From the NCBI GenBank assembly GCA_965235115.1, contig OZ249436.1, forward strand, positions 1 to 64,000: 64,000 nucleotides of DNA. The letters are read 5' to 3'. Shown here piece by piece: positions 63,901 through 64,000 of this stretch; position 1 is the stretch's first letter, and each line of letters opens with the position of its first letter. The notes beneath the pieces are model-generated. The model was not told where the DNA came from and did no database searches. It was given only the letters and a program-made list of their open reading frames with translations. The translations under genes and the position numbers were made by a program. The DNA is from Laetmonice hystrix (taxonomy: Eukaryota).

Positions 63901-64000
63901 CAAAGAGTAGGCCTACAGTGAGGCCAAACAGTACACTGTGTGGCCAAGCAGTGGGGAAGGCCAACCAGTAGAGTGAGAAATCCTTAAATCTTACCGGCTG
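18942..64000. repeat. Subtelomeric tandem satellite, ~835/865-bp monomer, ~53 copies, extends past the window end
   Basis: The unit ACGTTTGACA(A/G)TCGTACATCTGGCCTAAG...GAACGTACGAGACCTAT repeats head to tail. Long and short forms differ by a 27-bp indel (ATAAAGG(C/A)ATGGAAACATGAAACATGA). Each unit has a variable poly-C run. Confidence 0.98.

Noticed and set aside
19001..63964. Recurrent 60-130 aa ORFs (MLLACTF..., MEVDDRR..., MTFQK...) in every satellite unit
   Set aside because: No recognisable domains. Frames shift with poly-C length, some copies carry stops (e.g. 39100), and no gene structure is evident.

Overview
This is a eukaryotic chromosome end; 18S motifs suggest a lophotrochozoan invertebrate, but the taxon is not determined. 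From left to right: (1) a terminal (CCCTAA)n telomere with interspersed CTAA units (1-1608); (2) about 13 copies of a ~145-bp structured repeat carrying a TATATAGGG Pol I initiation-like motif (1609-3498); (3) one complete 45S rDNA unit transcribed away from the telomere (ETS, 18S 4205-6040, 5.8S ~6375-6528, 28S ~6831-15202); (4) a full-length, intact three-zinc-finger (clade A type) R2 retrotransposon (9667-13691) at the canonical 28S site, with a readable HDV-like 5' ribozyme built partly from 28S sequence; (5) 3' spacer repeats (344-bp dimer, 117-bp array); (6) a second, internal telomere tract in the same orientation (18802-18943); (7) more than 45 kb of an ~835/865-bp satellite with higher-order structure. 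The most striking feature is the architecture: a solitary, promoter-rich, R2-bearing rDNA unit bracketed by two co-oriented telomere tracts and sitting on what looks like a former chromosome end. The R2 ORF is the only credible protein-coding gene.
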